From Octopus bimaculoides (Eukaryota): a DNA stretch of 64,000 bases. Position 1 is the first letter of the stretch. Each line of letters begins with the position of its first letter. This document shows, in pieces, positions 13,920 to 27,146 of this stretch. The DNA lies in assembly GCF_001194135.2 (NCBI RefSeq), contig NC_068988.1:51702833-51766832 (forward strand), in the 5' to 3' direction. Below the pieces are notes generated by a model. The model ran no database searches. It was not told the DNA's origin and was given only the letters and a program-made list of their open reading frames with translations. Position numbers and translations under genes: made by a program.

Positions 13920-14440
13920 TCAGGTTGAGTAAGAAGTAAGCAACGTTTTAAATCATGAAGGATTTGTACTGGACTTTTGCAGAATTTTGAATTTTTTAAA
14001 AACCATTTTTTTGCAGTTCTTATGATACAGACATAGATTTGTCTAAATGCATCAAAAAATTAACATCGATATTTTTTTCATCGTTGTTACAATTATCTGA
14101 AATGGAACTGCCAAAGCGCAATATTTGGACAATTTTGCTATTCAACTTCAAAAATGGATGTAAAGCAGCTGAAACTGCTCGTAATATCAACATTTGGTGA
14201 GGAAATGACCAATGAGTAGTCAGCTCGAAAATGGTTTAAACGATTTCACAGTGGAGACCTGAGCCTTGAAGATCGCGAGCATAGTGGACACCCATCTGTC
14301 ATCGATGACAGTCAATTAAAGACTGTCACTGATGAAGATCCACATAAAAAAAACTTGAGAACTGGCAAAAGAGCTTCAAGTTAGCCAGAAAGCTGCCAGC
14401 AATCAGAAAAGCTTGACAAATGGGTACAACATGATTTTTC
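13920..14440 (+). mobile_element. Mariner transposon relic: left TIR plus N-terminal transposase
   Basis: TA|TCAGGTTGAGTAAGAAGTAAGCAACGTTTT TIR. From the ATG at 14102 the translation is MELPKRNIWTILLFNFKNGCKAAETARNI...RKWFKRFHSGDLSLEDREHSGHPS...KLDKWV, with stops and frameshifts. Confidence 0.88.
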
Positions 14441-15049
14441 TAAAGCAGAAAGCATGACCAAAACAATTATCAGATATGATTGGTTGGAGCAGTAAAGCCA
14501 GAGCTCTTTTGCACTGAAGAAGCAAATATCTACATCTGTTCAGACAGAAAGGAAAAAGAAACTGCTTGCTTTCAGGAAAGCCAGAATGAAAATCGAGGGA
14601 TGTATGTTTATATCAAAAGGAATTGGGCAAAGGATTCCAGAATTATCTCCCTTGGTTTGATATGAAAAGTCTGAAAACAAAGTCATGAACGAAAATTTTA
14701 TTTTAGTGGGAGGTAGTGCATGTATAAATATTACATGTACAAATGGATACACGAGGAGAGATGAAAAGAAGACAGAGCAACTGATTGAGAGAGATAGTAC
14801 TGCACTGCAAATATGAAACAATTCTTAGCTAATAGACCCAAATCAAGCACAGAAGCACTTGGTAGTAATTGCAATGGGTCTTTAGACTATTTAAAAAAAA
14901 TTTACCCGTAACTGGTGTCTGTATTTAAATTGTGCTTATTTTAGCTATTGCTCATAGATTTTGTTCAATATGTTACAGACAAAGACTAAATTACAGACTT
15001 AATATATATTCAGACAAAATTATAGACTAAATAATAAAATTGTCTAGAG

Positions 15050-15346
15050 CAGGGGTTTTCAAACTGTGGTCCACGGACCACAGGGGGTTCGCAAGGACAA
15101 GACAGGGGGTCCGTGGACAGCAAATACTTTTTATGGGCAATTTGATTTTATATATGTTTTTTAATCGAAATCTTTTAATTGGCAATAGACCTATTTGTTA
15201 AATACTGTTAAATAAATAAATGTAAAAATATATGTTATTTTAAGCAAATATTTATGTATAAATTTCATAAGCGTTTATAAGGGGTTCCCTAAGGTAAAGC
15301 CTGAAATATAAAGGGGTCCGCAAGTCAAAAAGTTTGAAAACCCCTG
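15050..15346. mobile_element. hAT (Charlie-like) MITE, 297 bp
   Basis: Perfect 15-bp TIR CAGGGGTTTTCAAAC/GTTTGAAAACCCCTG and perfect 8-bp TSD GTCTAGAG (15042-15049 and 15347-15354). Confidence 0.93.
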
Positions 15347-16717
15347 GTCTAGAGAATATGTATTTTATTACAGATTTAACTTATGACTCTGTATATTCAA
15401 ATTCCTTACAATCTACTTTTGCCAATTAATGTGCCCACAAATATTAGCCAATTTTTTTTACCTGTGCTTTTACTTTCTGCAGTGAGCATGGGGGCTAATC
15501 TTTATAACTGGCTGAAATCTTTTATTCCCAGTTGGAAAGAGGCAACCACAGTACTAGAACAACATTCTGTGCCCTATGTAATGACATCTGGCATCTCACA
15601 AGGATCTGTTTTTAGTCTCGTGCTGTTTGTTGCATTATTGATGAAACAGTCACAGTACATCTGAGCATTGTATACAATAAGCTTCTTATTTTGTTACAAT
15701 CACAAAAATTGATGAACAATGGCATAAAATGTTTATAGTAAATGGTACTGGATGAGTATGCTCTCCAGCAGACCATGATTGCAGGTGTTATAAAATCACT
15801 TAATATTAAAGTACAAATGTATGAACACACACACAAAGTTACTCTTATATATAACTTCAGACACACACAGAGTTTCTCTCATATATAAAAGCAATGACAA
15901 ATACACAATGTTAAAAATGTCCTCATACCCATAGCAATATTAGTATTTAAAAATTGGAAACATCATGGAAATGAGTCCACTCCCCATTTTGTTGATGTTT
16001 ATTTAAAGGAAAATGTAAAGTATATTTGTCTTGAGTTAGTGTAATATCTGAAGAATGATTACTGATGTTTGTAGTCACCAGTTTGAAACCTCAATTGGTA
16101 TGTAATTGTTCTACTTGAAAGGAAATGAAGGTAGAGTGGGAGGATATGCAGAAGGGAAAAGGAGAAAAGGAGAGATGTTATGTTCATTTGATGGAATGTC
16201 AGGGAGAAATAATGAATTTGAGGAGAGTCACAGGCTCTGGATTATGACTTAGCTTTGTTGTGAGTGTGTTGTTGTTGATAAGCTCCAACTCAGCCCTCTT
16301 ACAGCAGACACATAATCAAAGATGTTCTAACCTTGAATCCTACATCTTTTGTCAAAATGGTGCTTATAAGACCAGATTATCTGATGTGTCCTTATGTTTT
16401 AAAGTCAGTAGTGTATGGTTTTGAGAGACATGAAACTATTATTTCTAGTTGTCCAAGCAATTGTGTAGAGTTTTCTTTATTGATTCATTCATGTTGTTGG
16501 TTGATACAATGACGACTCTGAGGTCAGTAAATGTGATCAATGGCATGCCAGCAGTGACCATCCTATTTTTTACTTTCTTTCCGATATATGCATCTAGGAC
16601 TACATATCATTTTAAAAATCGTAGGATGCGATGATTTTAATGAGATTTAACTTGCACTCCTTGGTTTGTTTATGTGTGTATAAATATTTTCATTTTATCT
16701 AGTCTAGAATGAGCTTG

Positions 16718-17103
16718 TGGAGGCACAATGGCTCATTGGTTAGGGCAGCAGACTTGCAGTCATAGGATCGTGGTTTTGATTCCCAGACCGGGCGTTGTGA
16801 GTGTTTATTCAGCGAAAACACCTAAAGCTCCACAAGGCTCTGGCAGGGGATGGTGGCGAACCCTGCTGTACTCTTTCACCACAACTTTCTCTCACTCTTA
16901 CTTCTTGTTTTTGTTGTGCCTGTAATTCAAAGGGTCAGCCTTGTCACACTGTGTCACGCTGAATATCCCCGAGAACTACATTAAGGGTACATGTATCTGT
17001 GGAGTGCTCAGCTACTTGCGCATTAATTTCACGAGCAGGCTGTTCCATTGATCGGATCAACTGGAACCCTCGACGTCGTAAGCAACGGAGTGCCAACAAC
17101 AAC
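16718..17103 (+). mobile_element. Full-length tRNA-derived SINE (family D)
   Basis: A-box TGGCTCATTGGTT, B-box-like GGTTTTGATTCC, (AAC)n tail, and a 12-bp TSD AGAATGAGCTTG (16706-16717 and 17104-17115). Confidence 0.9.
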
Positions 17104-17161
17104 AGAATGAGCTTGCAGATGTTATGAGTTTTCTAAACAGTCCTTGTGATTAGGGACATTA

Positions 17162-18033
17162 CAAGGTGGTAACAAAAAGTTCCAGGACTTATGCTAAATA
17201 AAAAATAACTTATTTACCTATTGTTTTGGCATCATCTCCTTTGAAATAGTTACCTTGTGCAGCAATACACTGGTCCCAGTATTCCTACCACTTTTGGAAT
17301 CCAGCCTGGAAATTATTTTCCAAAAGTGAGCCAAAGATCTTCTGTGATTTGCTATGATATTAAAACAGTGACTTTTGAGCTGCATTTTCATCTTGGGAAA
17401 GAGATGGAAGCCTGCAAGTGCTAAATCTGGTGAATAGGATTGGTGGAGAAGTGATACCATGTTGTTTTTGGTAAGAAACTCACAAGTAAAAAGAGCTCAG
17501 TGATAGGATGCATTGTTGTCATGAAGACTTCAACTCTTCGCACTCCACAGATTCGGTCACTTTCACTGAATGTCCTCTCTCAAATACTTTAAAACAACAC
17601 AGTAGAACTCACAACTGATGGCCTGGCCCTACAGGGACAAATTCTGGATGCACAATACCACATTTCCAGGGATGTTGTTCTGCTTTTGAAGCACCCATGC
17701 CTCTTGGAACATTGCATACGACCCATAGTCCCATCGTCTTAATCTTACCAAAGCATGTTCAATGTTTCTATAGCAAACTTCTCAAGTTTGACACAAAATT
17801 TCATGTTGGCTCTTTGCTCCAACTTCCTGTCTATGACACAATCAGACTACAACATGCACATGATCACAAAAACACAAATTTCACAACTGGCAAAGTAAAC
17901 ATAGCAATGTCACTAAGCACATGGTCCACTGCCTCATGAAAGTCGCTACTGGTTCTCACTGTGCACACAACCATGTGCAGCTGTCTTTTGATGTGCTACA
18001 GAACTAGTCCAGAAACTTTTTGCTACCATCTTG
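17162..18033 (-). mobile_element. Internally deleted mariner element
   Basis: Imperfect TIRs caaggtggtaacaaaaagttccaggact and agtccagaaactttttgctaccatcttg. The minus-strand YSPDLALAGFHLFPKMK corresponds to the mariner YSPDLAP motif. Confidence 0.88.
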
Positions 18034-18206
18034 AATGTGAAGTAACTATAAAGCTTTAAGTCATCTGAATGATTTCTATTATGATCGAAGTGTCTTTTTT
18101 TTCTATCTGCTCAAGTATAGTGTAATTAGGATTACATTATCTAAATATTACGGAGATGTACTTGCATAGCAAGTGACCTGATCTGAGATCGTGTGCTGGA
18201 ACGAAA

Positions 18207-18387
18207 ACAATTGCAGCATAGGAAGGTGTTTATAAGCCATTTAAAATAACACACAAAATCCGTTAGATTCACTTCAACATTTAAATTAAATTAAATTAAT
18301 TAATTTAAATTTAAATGTTGAAGTGAATCTAACGGTCTTTGTGTGTTATTTTAAATGGCTTATAAACATCTTCCATGCTGGAATTGT
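18207..18387. repeat. Long near-perfect inverted repeat (about 80-bp arms, AT-only centre)
   Basis: The left arm acaattgcagcat..ggaaggtgtttataagccatttaaaataacacacaaa..cgttagattcacttcaacatttaaatt is mirrored on the right with only a few mismatches. Confidence 0.92.
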
Positions 18388-21300
18388 ATTATCTAAATAG
18401 TCCTGTTGTTTTATTTTCCTTTAAGACAGGAGAGAATGATTTGAGTGAAGTTATGAGTGCTATTTTAGCAGTGACATTTCCTGTAGAGGTTCTTCCTTTA
18501 CCTTGAGTGGTTAATGATCTGCTGAAATAAATTACATGTCCATGTCTTTCCCCCACTTTTACTTGGTTGATGTAACAACTATGGTAAAATGGTAAAACTG
18601 ATAAAGAATTTCAGAAAACATTTACAGCAAATATTGTTGTTTAGATCCTGCAGATGCTTGAGTAAAGTCATTCAAACTGTAACCATCTTGAAATTTTGTA
18701 TAAAAACAACTACATTGTCCAATGTTTTATATAAGGCAGTAGAGTGTAATTTGAGGGGGCTTAGGCTGGCATTTCTAGCAGATCAAGCAACTGCATTGTC
18801 TCATTCATTAGCCCTGCAGTACCAGGTGTATGGGAGTTAGGGTACCAACCCATAGTTTAGATGGCATGGCAGGTAGTATCTAGGCAACACGGTTTTAAGA
18901 GTAGAGGCTGTTAAAAGAGAGATGAGACAACTGGACAGAAGAACCTGTGCCTATAAAGTAATGATGTGTGATGTGTTGTACATATAGGTAGCTGGCCACT
19001 TTTGAGATGAAGATCATTGTTGGGTAGATTTGTGATAAGTATAGTCTCAACAGCTGTTTAGGATGTGTTAGTGTGTGTCTTAATGTTTTATTTTTCTGTA
19101 TTGATCTGCTTCTGTACATTTGTTTATGCACAATTATAAGTGTGTAGATGGTCTTAAAGATTACATCTAATGTCACTTGTACATATATTGTGTAAGACAG
19201 AGACTGATGAGCTAAAGAATTAAATTAAAAGTGTAGAAAGATTACCAAGAAATGAAGTGACTCTCAGTAATATCATGGCTACTATCAAATTTCACCAGAA
19301 CAGAATAACTAAAAGATATTGTTTAGTGAAATGAAGATTTTGGGTGGGAACAATCTACACAGTAACAGTCAGCCATTAACTGCAGTTCCCACCTACACTA
19401 AGATAAACTGTTTACATTGAGGAGTCAGCTGTAGCGTAATGTTGAAACATGTCATAAACATAGTGAAATACTGCAGTCTATTACTTTCTGGAGGAACCTC
19501 TATGTGGCTGTTCATCCTACTAGAAATAACAGTTACATCACCCTCAAATCCTAATTTACTGGCTCCAAAATGGAAGGACACAGTGTAATCCTGGATCAGG
19601 ACTACATTAAGGAAGGATGATCAATACTTTGATGACGAAGGTTTGCTTGATCAGAAGTGACCTGAGGTTAAAGAAAAGCAACCTTTGGAGGGAGATTCCA
19701 TCCATTGCTCTGTTTAACACTACGCCCTTGCACCTGAGTGCTTTTAATAGACTCCACTCTACTGTAACAAGCTAAACCAAGTTTCTGATCAGAAAAAAAC
19801 CCCATAAATTGTAATTTTCTTCCCCACCATTTACCCCATGTCAAAGGACTTCTGTTTTCATTTACTGATTAAACAATAAAAATTTTCTTTAATTAATAAA
19901 CAAGACATTTTGGATATCCATATCTAAAATGTCTTATTCTTTGCACAACAGCTTATAGTTTAAAGCATGGTGCTCTGTGCAGCTCCCAAAAGGATACAAA
20001 ATAAATACTTTATAAGAAGCAACAGTGGAAACATGGATTGCATATGCTATAGTGAAGGTAACCTGTCTAAAGAAGCAGCAACTCAGTATATAGATTAATA
20101 TAGGATAGAGAGAACTCTTTATTCCTGGCAAGCAACCCCTCTAGTGCTAGGTAGCACAGTAAAATGGACCCAACCTCCACAGTGATATTGTTGATGATAG
20201 GACAGGCATCTAATCATAAAAACCCTGTCATGTACAATAATCCAGACTGGTGGTTTTCTCTGTTGTTGGGTGCAACAGATGTTAAAGAGTCTGAGAAGAT
20301 GCAGTGCAACACATGCATGTATACAAAACGAGTATAAAATGATAATGAGGCTGAAGATAATTAAGAAATAACCCATCATAAATGATGATGAAAGAATATT
20401 ATTCCAAATATATGTAAGAGTGAAGGATTATATTATACAAAATAAAAATTCTTTGCTCTGTAATTCCTTATTTATAGAGGTTGGGATGTAGCTGATTGTT
20501 TAATTAAACAGAAGATGTAATGAATGATATATATCAAAAATTTCTAGTCATTTGAAATATCCCAATTAGTTACAAAAGTCTTATGGCAACTGGTAGCGGC
20601 TTTTAAAGGTAAGGGGAGATAATTTCTAGAAATTCAGAATCAATCTCTTGGTTAATTTATGTACATAGCAGGAGGAAAGCTACATACACGTTTATATTTA
20701 TCTCAATATGCTACTGGTACCTGTTTTATTGATTTCAGGGAGGATGAATAGTGGGGTTAGTATAATTATAATTCAGAATGTACAGTGATATAACAACCGA
20801 AATGTCTTTTGCCTGCCACTCAACTAGTTCTTGCCAACATGTTTTATTATTAATCAAAATATTATTTTGAAAATCTACGATTCACAAGTTTAATCTTATC
20901 AGAATGATATAAAGAAAAAAATTGTCATCACCTCTCTGATTCTTCACTGCACATGTGATTTTGGAATGGAAAATAGGATCATATTGTTTAGCACTCAGTT
21001 AACCTTGATAAAGCAAACCTCTCATGAAAAATATTCCAGTTGTAATTATCTTAGCAATTTCTGACAGTATGTTTGGTCTACTAATCCTGTCTTTTCTTTG
21101 ATATGAGAATGTGATTAGGGGGAGATTTAGCTATTTCTGACATGTTGAGCAATATCCCAGACTTGCTATGCTTCTACTAGGGTCCAAGTTAATATCCCTT
21201 TATCATGGCTGTAGTCCATACTGCATTGGAGTAAGAGATTTGAAAGCTGTGTCATTATTAGCACTATCATGCTCCTAATTTAAGACCATGACTTAAGCCC

Positions 21301-21784
21301 ACACAAGAACTTGAACTCCTGAATAAATAAAAATCATTAAATTTTACCATGAAATTGCTCTTTATCAAAGCTAGCCCTTTCACAACTTTAGCACCTAGTT
21401 TCTTGATGTCTCTGCCTAGTGTTAGGTTATACATGGGTAGCAAAGGACACCATAGTGCAGTGTTGGTTGCAGAATACAAACTATTTAACCCTTGGCTGGT
21501 TCTTTGATACTGTTGTCTTAGCCATCCATGATTCCACCAAAATTCAAAGGACAGGGAAAATAAGAGGTTATACTTTCAGAGAAAGTGTTGTGAGTTCAAG
21601 TATGATCAGTAGCACTGTACAGTTAACAAAATACTGAACTCATTGTTTCACTTACAAGATATGAGCCAATGGGTTAATATCTCTTTGTTCTTTAAACTTA
21701 ATTGAAATATCAATCAAATTTCCATTAAATCACATGCTAAAAAAGTCAAAAAGGACAGGACAAATTGAATAATAAAACTCTAGA

Positions 21785-21897
21785 CTGGTCATGGGCAAAC
21801 TGCGACCCACAGGACTTTCTGAATAGCACTTCAAGGAAAAACTGTCTTCAATTTTTTTAGCAGTGCTGCTGTTTCTCAAAATGGTTGCTCACACCTG
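21785..21897. mobile_element. Degenerate hAT-like MITE
   Basis: Imperfect TIRs ..gtcatgggcaaac and ggttgctcacacctg, flanked by CTAGA-containing target-like sites. Confidence 0.4.
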
Positions 21898-22944
21898 TCC
21901 TAGATAATACTTAACAGGACAATATGGACATGGTTGGATTGCCTTTGAATCATTTGTATGATCAGGGCTGATAGAGAGTGAGCTAATACAGGAGATTCTA
22001 CATTGTAAATTTAGAAAGAACAGCCAAATCTCTCTCAAATCACACTCCTTAAAATGTGTAGGCTTATGTTAATGTCTGAAAATATTAATAGGGATGGAGG
22101 GCAAAGGTAAAGAATATGCACACCTAGTGGTTAGGGTTATGCTGAAAACAGGGTGTGCATATTCTTTACCCAAATTTCTGGCCCCGGGTCTATGTCAGAA
22201 ATTATTATAAGAGGTGGTGGATTAACAAAATTGTTAGAATACTGTATTTGTTCTGACTCTCTAGATTACGAGTTTAAATCCCTTTGAGTTCAACTTAGTC
22301 ATTCATTCTTCTGAAAGAGGCTCAATAAAAATAAAGTACCATGGATTTAATCCACTAATCTGTTCCTCATATTTATGGCTTGTGCCTGTGTATAAATTAT
22401 TATAATCAAAAGAATTGTAGGCTGGCAATTCATTAAACTGGACAAGATGCTGTGTGGTGTTTTATCGTGGCTTTTTACTTCCGAGTTCCAATTCTGCTGA
22501 GGTCAGCTTTGCTTTTCATCTTTCTGGGGTTAAAATACCAATAAAGTACTAGAGGTGGAGTTTGAGTCTTCTCTCCTGTCCTCACTTCAAGAGTATCACA
22601 GTGACCGAATCATTGTTATGAAACACCCATAACAAGTAAGTGTGGTGATATAGCAGTATTCTTATATTGATAAGCATAAGTAAATTAATGGATCTGCCCA
22701 AATAATTTACTTACATGCCTTTATGAAAGAGAAAGAAAGGAACTCTTACACCTAGGGTTCATCCATTTTACATCCATATTGCCTTGCTAGAATAGGTTGA
22801 ATACTCATTATTAAGGCATTATTTTACAGCCAGATGCCTTTCCTGTCACTAACCTTTACGTGTTTTTAAAGTAAGGCATTCCTTTATTCCACTTATCTTT
22901 GAAAGTACATGGCTATGACACTATTTCTTTACAGGAAATGTCAG

Positions 22945-23350
22945 CATTATCATCATCATTTAACATCCATTTTCCATGCTGGCAGGGGCTGGACGGTTTG
23001 ACAGCAGCTGTTCAGACTCCAATTGTCTGTTGTGGTATGGTTTCTACGGCTAGATGCCTTTCCAGTTGCCAATCACTTTAGAGTATGCTGGGTGCTTTTT
23101 ACATGCCATTAGCATATGTGCTTTTACACAGTACCAGTACAAGTGCATTTTTTGTTGTACCAGAACCAGTAAAAGACAAGCCTGTATGTGTGGATGACTG
23201 CAATTTTATTTAGCTTGATGTATCTTCTCAGGCACAGCAAATTGCCACAACTTCTGGTCCCTTGTCATCTCCTAAGTGAGGCCCAACATCTGAAGATCCT
23301 TTCTCACCACATCATCCCATGTCTTTCTGGGTTTACCCCTTCCACAGGCT
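22945..23350 (-). mobile_element. 5'-truncated RTE LINE 3' end with (GAT)n tail
   Basis: The minus strand reads GACGRGKPRKTWDDVVRKDLQMLGLT*EMTRDQKLWQFAV (RTE ORF C-terminus), followed by the family B tail. Confidence 0.82.
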
Positions 23351-23458
23351 CCCTTCACAATACAATTAATCACAAATTTTGCTCAAGTATTTTATTTTAT
23401 TTTTTTTGTGAAAATGTCACAGAATGTTAATATTCATACACATGTGCACACTTACATA

Positions 23459-23629
23459 TGAGAGGCATGAAAAGCTCCTGGCTTTAAGGGTATTACAAAA
23501 GGCCTGGTTGGAGGCCCACTGCAATAAATGTGTGAATCTCAGAGGCAAATATGTTGGATAAAATCATAATTAATTGATCCTCCTGTATTTTCTTTTATCC
23601 AAAGCCAGGAACTTTTCAGTACCTCCTAG
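23459..23629. mobile_element. Mariner-derived MITE
   Basis: TIRs tgagaggcatgaaaagctcctggcttt and aaagccaggaacttttcagtacctcctag between TA dinucleotides. It holds a transposase-end remnant (KCVNLRGKYVG*). Confidence 0.75.
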
Positions 23630-25752
23630 TACATAATGGACTTCCATACAGTTTCCATCAACCATTTTCACTCGCAAAGCTTTAAATATGCTAAACAGTG
23701 AAATAGATTGAAACCATGTAGCAACAAAGCAAACTACACCTACACAGCCATACCTGCAACAGTAAACCATGAAGACATTAAAAAAAAATAGAATAAAAGA
23801 ATAAAAAAAAATAGAATAAAAGAATAAAAAAAAAAGCAAAGTATTTTTTGAAAGTTTTATTTCTTCAAGGATACACATATTTCAACTGCAGTAACCGGCA
23901 GTAAGAGTGTGTGTTCCATGATGAAATTTTGACCAGTAGGTGTCTGGACAGCAGGTGTTCCCAAAGTTTGTATGGTCACCAATCTAATCCCCTCTGACCA
24001 CCTTGTTACAGAGATTATTAGACTAATCAAAATGCAATAAATAAAATAGAAGAAATAATTTTAGATGAAGTTTGTGAGAAGCAAGGGAGAAACTTGCACA
24101 CTGGAAAGATCCATGACTCAAGGATTAATAAATAAATAGATAGAAAGTTCTGTTGTAATGAGGAAGTTGCACTATTCTGGTAGGACTGAGAAACTATGAA
24201 ACTAATTTAGTTAACCTTTAGGAAAAGAAAAAAAAAATAAGTGAAAGGTAATTATATCATGGCAGAAATTGTGGTTGAAGTGTTCATATAATTTAGAAAA
24301 AAAAAAAGACCAAGTTCTCATATAAATAAAATTCGCTTGAGAACTAACAAATTAAGCTTATCCACAAAGTTAGGCTTCTTATTGAAAATAATAATAAAAT
24401 AAATAAATAGAATGAAGCAAATCTGCAAAGGATTAACTTTGAATTTTCTAGATACAATTTTACTGGAAACTAGATTAAGTTTCATGTTTGAGAAAAGAAC
24501 CAGTTGAGCATTGAATGATATATATTTTAACTGAGCATAGTAGTTTCAAGCTGCAGTTAAGACTAAGATATGGGGGGGTTAAGATTTTTCAAGAAATATT
24601 TCTAGCATTGAGTAGATAAATAAACATGAATGAATAGCAAAGTAAAAATATTTTACTTTTTTTTAAAAATATATTCCATTTTACCACAGATAGTGTTTCT
24701 GCCCTAGATTATCAGCTGCTGTCTATGTACTTTACATGTTCACCATGCACATCACATTATAAATGTCATTCAGTCATTTAGTTGATATATGTGTGTGTGT
24801 GTGTGTGTATATATATATTATTATATCATTTGTATTATTATATATATATATATACTATATATATAATAAAATATTTTTTAATATTTATTCTAATTTGTTA
24901 GTCAAATATATGAAGAATAGATTTTGAAGTTAGAAACAAAAGAATTAAAAATTTTAGATTGTCCATGTAATTAAAGTTTAATTAAAAAAATGTTAGAAAT
25001 TAACAGAATGATATTATGATGCTTTAAATAAATGCAATTAAATAATATGTACAAAGACAATATGTTCTTCATATACAAAATTGGCAGGAACAATTCCAAC
25101 ATGCCAACTACTTAAAACAATAAATATATATATAATTTAAGAACTGTTAAAAGTACAATTCTTTGGTAAAAGCAGAGTGAAGTAATAAAGTATTATCATT
25201 CTTTTTATCCAGCAGAATTTAGAAAAAAGTAAATAACTGCTAATGGTGCCAGCAGGAACCATTGAAAAGAAAATCAACTGATAATATTTTGAGAGATAAA
25301 ATGTTTCTGAAGTAAACGGTTTGCTTGTATAAAGGAACTTTGAGGGAGGGGAAAGAAGGAAAAAGTGAAATATGTATATATATATATACACAAAGCAAGA
25401 GGGAGAATAATCAATTCGACAATGTCTAAAACAGTCGAACGATAAAATAATGGGGGTAGAGATCTATAGCTAGAAGTTAAAATGCCTAATGTAAAGCTGG
25501 CAGCTAATAAAGACTGACAGTATCAATGTTTTAATGATAAAAGTTGCTGCATAGAGAAAAGGGGAAAGAGATGTTTAGTGTTTGTAACAGCCAAATATTG
25601 TTGGCGTAAAATATGCCACACAAAAAAAAAAAAAAAACATGCTAGGGAAAATATCTAGAAGCTGTTAAGATTTACAGAAAATGTTAGCGTGCAAGCTATC
25701 CTAAAGCCTTCCCACAAAATTTTTGTCTTTTTTTTTTAATTACAAGAGTCAT

Positions 25753-25758
25753 TTTATT
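25753..25758 (-). other. Candidate polyadenylation signal of ODC
   Basis: AATAAA on the minus strand about 300 nt after the stop. More distal AATAAA hexamers also occur in this AT-rich region. Confidence 0.35.
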
Positions 25759-26061
25759 AAATTAAATTTAAAAAAATAAAAATAAACAAACAAAATGTTG
25801 ATTAACCAAAGATTAGATTCAAACTAAAATGTTTAGTGAAGGAATATTTAAATAATCTAAGTTACCTCCCTTATGCCTAACTATTTTTGAGGTTGACATA
25901 GAGGAAGTTTAAGAGTTGTAAAAACAAGGGAAAAAATATAGGAAAACGTAATAGAAGTTTGATATATTTAAATAATCGACTCAGTTATAAACTGATTGTA
26001 ACTATTAGCGTCTGCAAATGGAGTGTCCAATGAACTTGTAAGAGGTAATCAGAGGTCAAGT

Positions 26062-26170
26062 TTAGATATTTGAAATCTCTAATGATGCTAAATCATCCTC
26101 AAAATTAGTGCCTTCCATGACACGACGACTTTTCAAGTCACAGTTCTGCTCCTTCCAATCGAATCTGTTC
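26062..26170 (-). CDS. ODC1: ODC terminal coding exon (NRFDWKEQNCDLKSRRVMEGTNFEDDLASLEISNI*)
   Basis: Pyrimidine-rich acceptor ttttccatttgattgtag|G completes the TG|G Trp codon, followed by 35 open codons to TAA. Assigned by splice signal and phase, not by sequence homology. Confidence 0.8.
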
Positions 26171-26931
26171 CTACAATCAAATGGAAAACAACAAAAATTA
26201 ATAAATGTTTCAACACAACATTTGCACACAATACTCATCCCCCATAGTTACAGAAATTTCAAATCATTTCACCAACAATCTCATAACTAATAAACTACTG
26301 CCACAAATTTCTCATGAAATTCTTGCATTAGATTTGAACTCGCATGCTATTGGTCCAACACATCTACTTCACCCAATTCACTTCTTTAATGAAAGTGGAA
26401 TCAACTTATTTCACCCCTCCTGTATCTATGTAAAACATTTGTTCTTCTATAGAACTGTATCGTTTCATAAATCCAGTCATAAATGGGACATCAATTATGT
26501 TCAGACAATGAATTTTTCCAGTTTGCCATTTGTAAAGCAGTAAAATTAGATTTGATAATCCAAAGTTATTTGCTACACCAGCTCCAAATTGAACTGAAAA
26601 ATTTCAGATTACAATTAAAATGGTCTGATTGATTAAATACATTTTGATATTTAACTTTCTCTTCACCATTCTGAATTCAAAACCTTACTGGGATGAATTT
26701 AGCCTTCCACTTTCCTGAAGTCAATGCAATAAGTATCAGTAAAGTTGCGGTCCATGTAAATTTTGTGTTGATGCTCATCTCAGAAATCTTTGTTAGAACT
26801 TTTAGCAGAGTATTAACTGACAGTAAACAATGGACAGAGAACATCAAGTACAATTAAGATAATGAAGTTTATTATATCACTGCAAAATCGCCCTCCCATG
26901 AAAATGCTACAATTAGAAGTCAAGTCCTTAC

Positions 26932-27146
26932 CAAATCTCCCGATCGCAGTAGTAGTAGTGTATTGGTTCAGGCATACCATTGAATTGAGAAGACACACAG
27001 AAAGTGTATGCTCCCATATTCTCAAAGTAAAGCCAATCACCAACTTTCATAGCTGGAAGCTGACAGTCTGTCAGGATACAGTCCAAGCCATCACAAGTAG
27101 GGCCCCAAACGCTAGAGCTGTACAACATATCGACATCAGACAGGTC
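26932..27146 (-). CDS. ODC1: ODC coding exon 9 ([22 protein letters not shown]...ENMGAYT...[18 protein letters not shown])
   Basis: tttcttgcag|GAC ... TG|GTAAGG, 215 nt. WGPTCDGLD (catalytic Cys), MGAYT and FNG motifs. Confidence 0.97.

Noticed and set aside
16718-16795. tRNA-like sequence
   Set aside because: It is the head of a SINE with a body, tail and TSD. It has no intact cloverleaf, so it is not called a tRNA gene.
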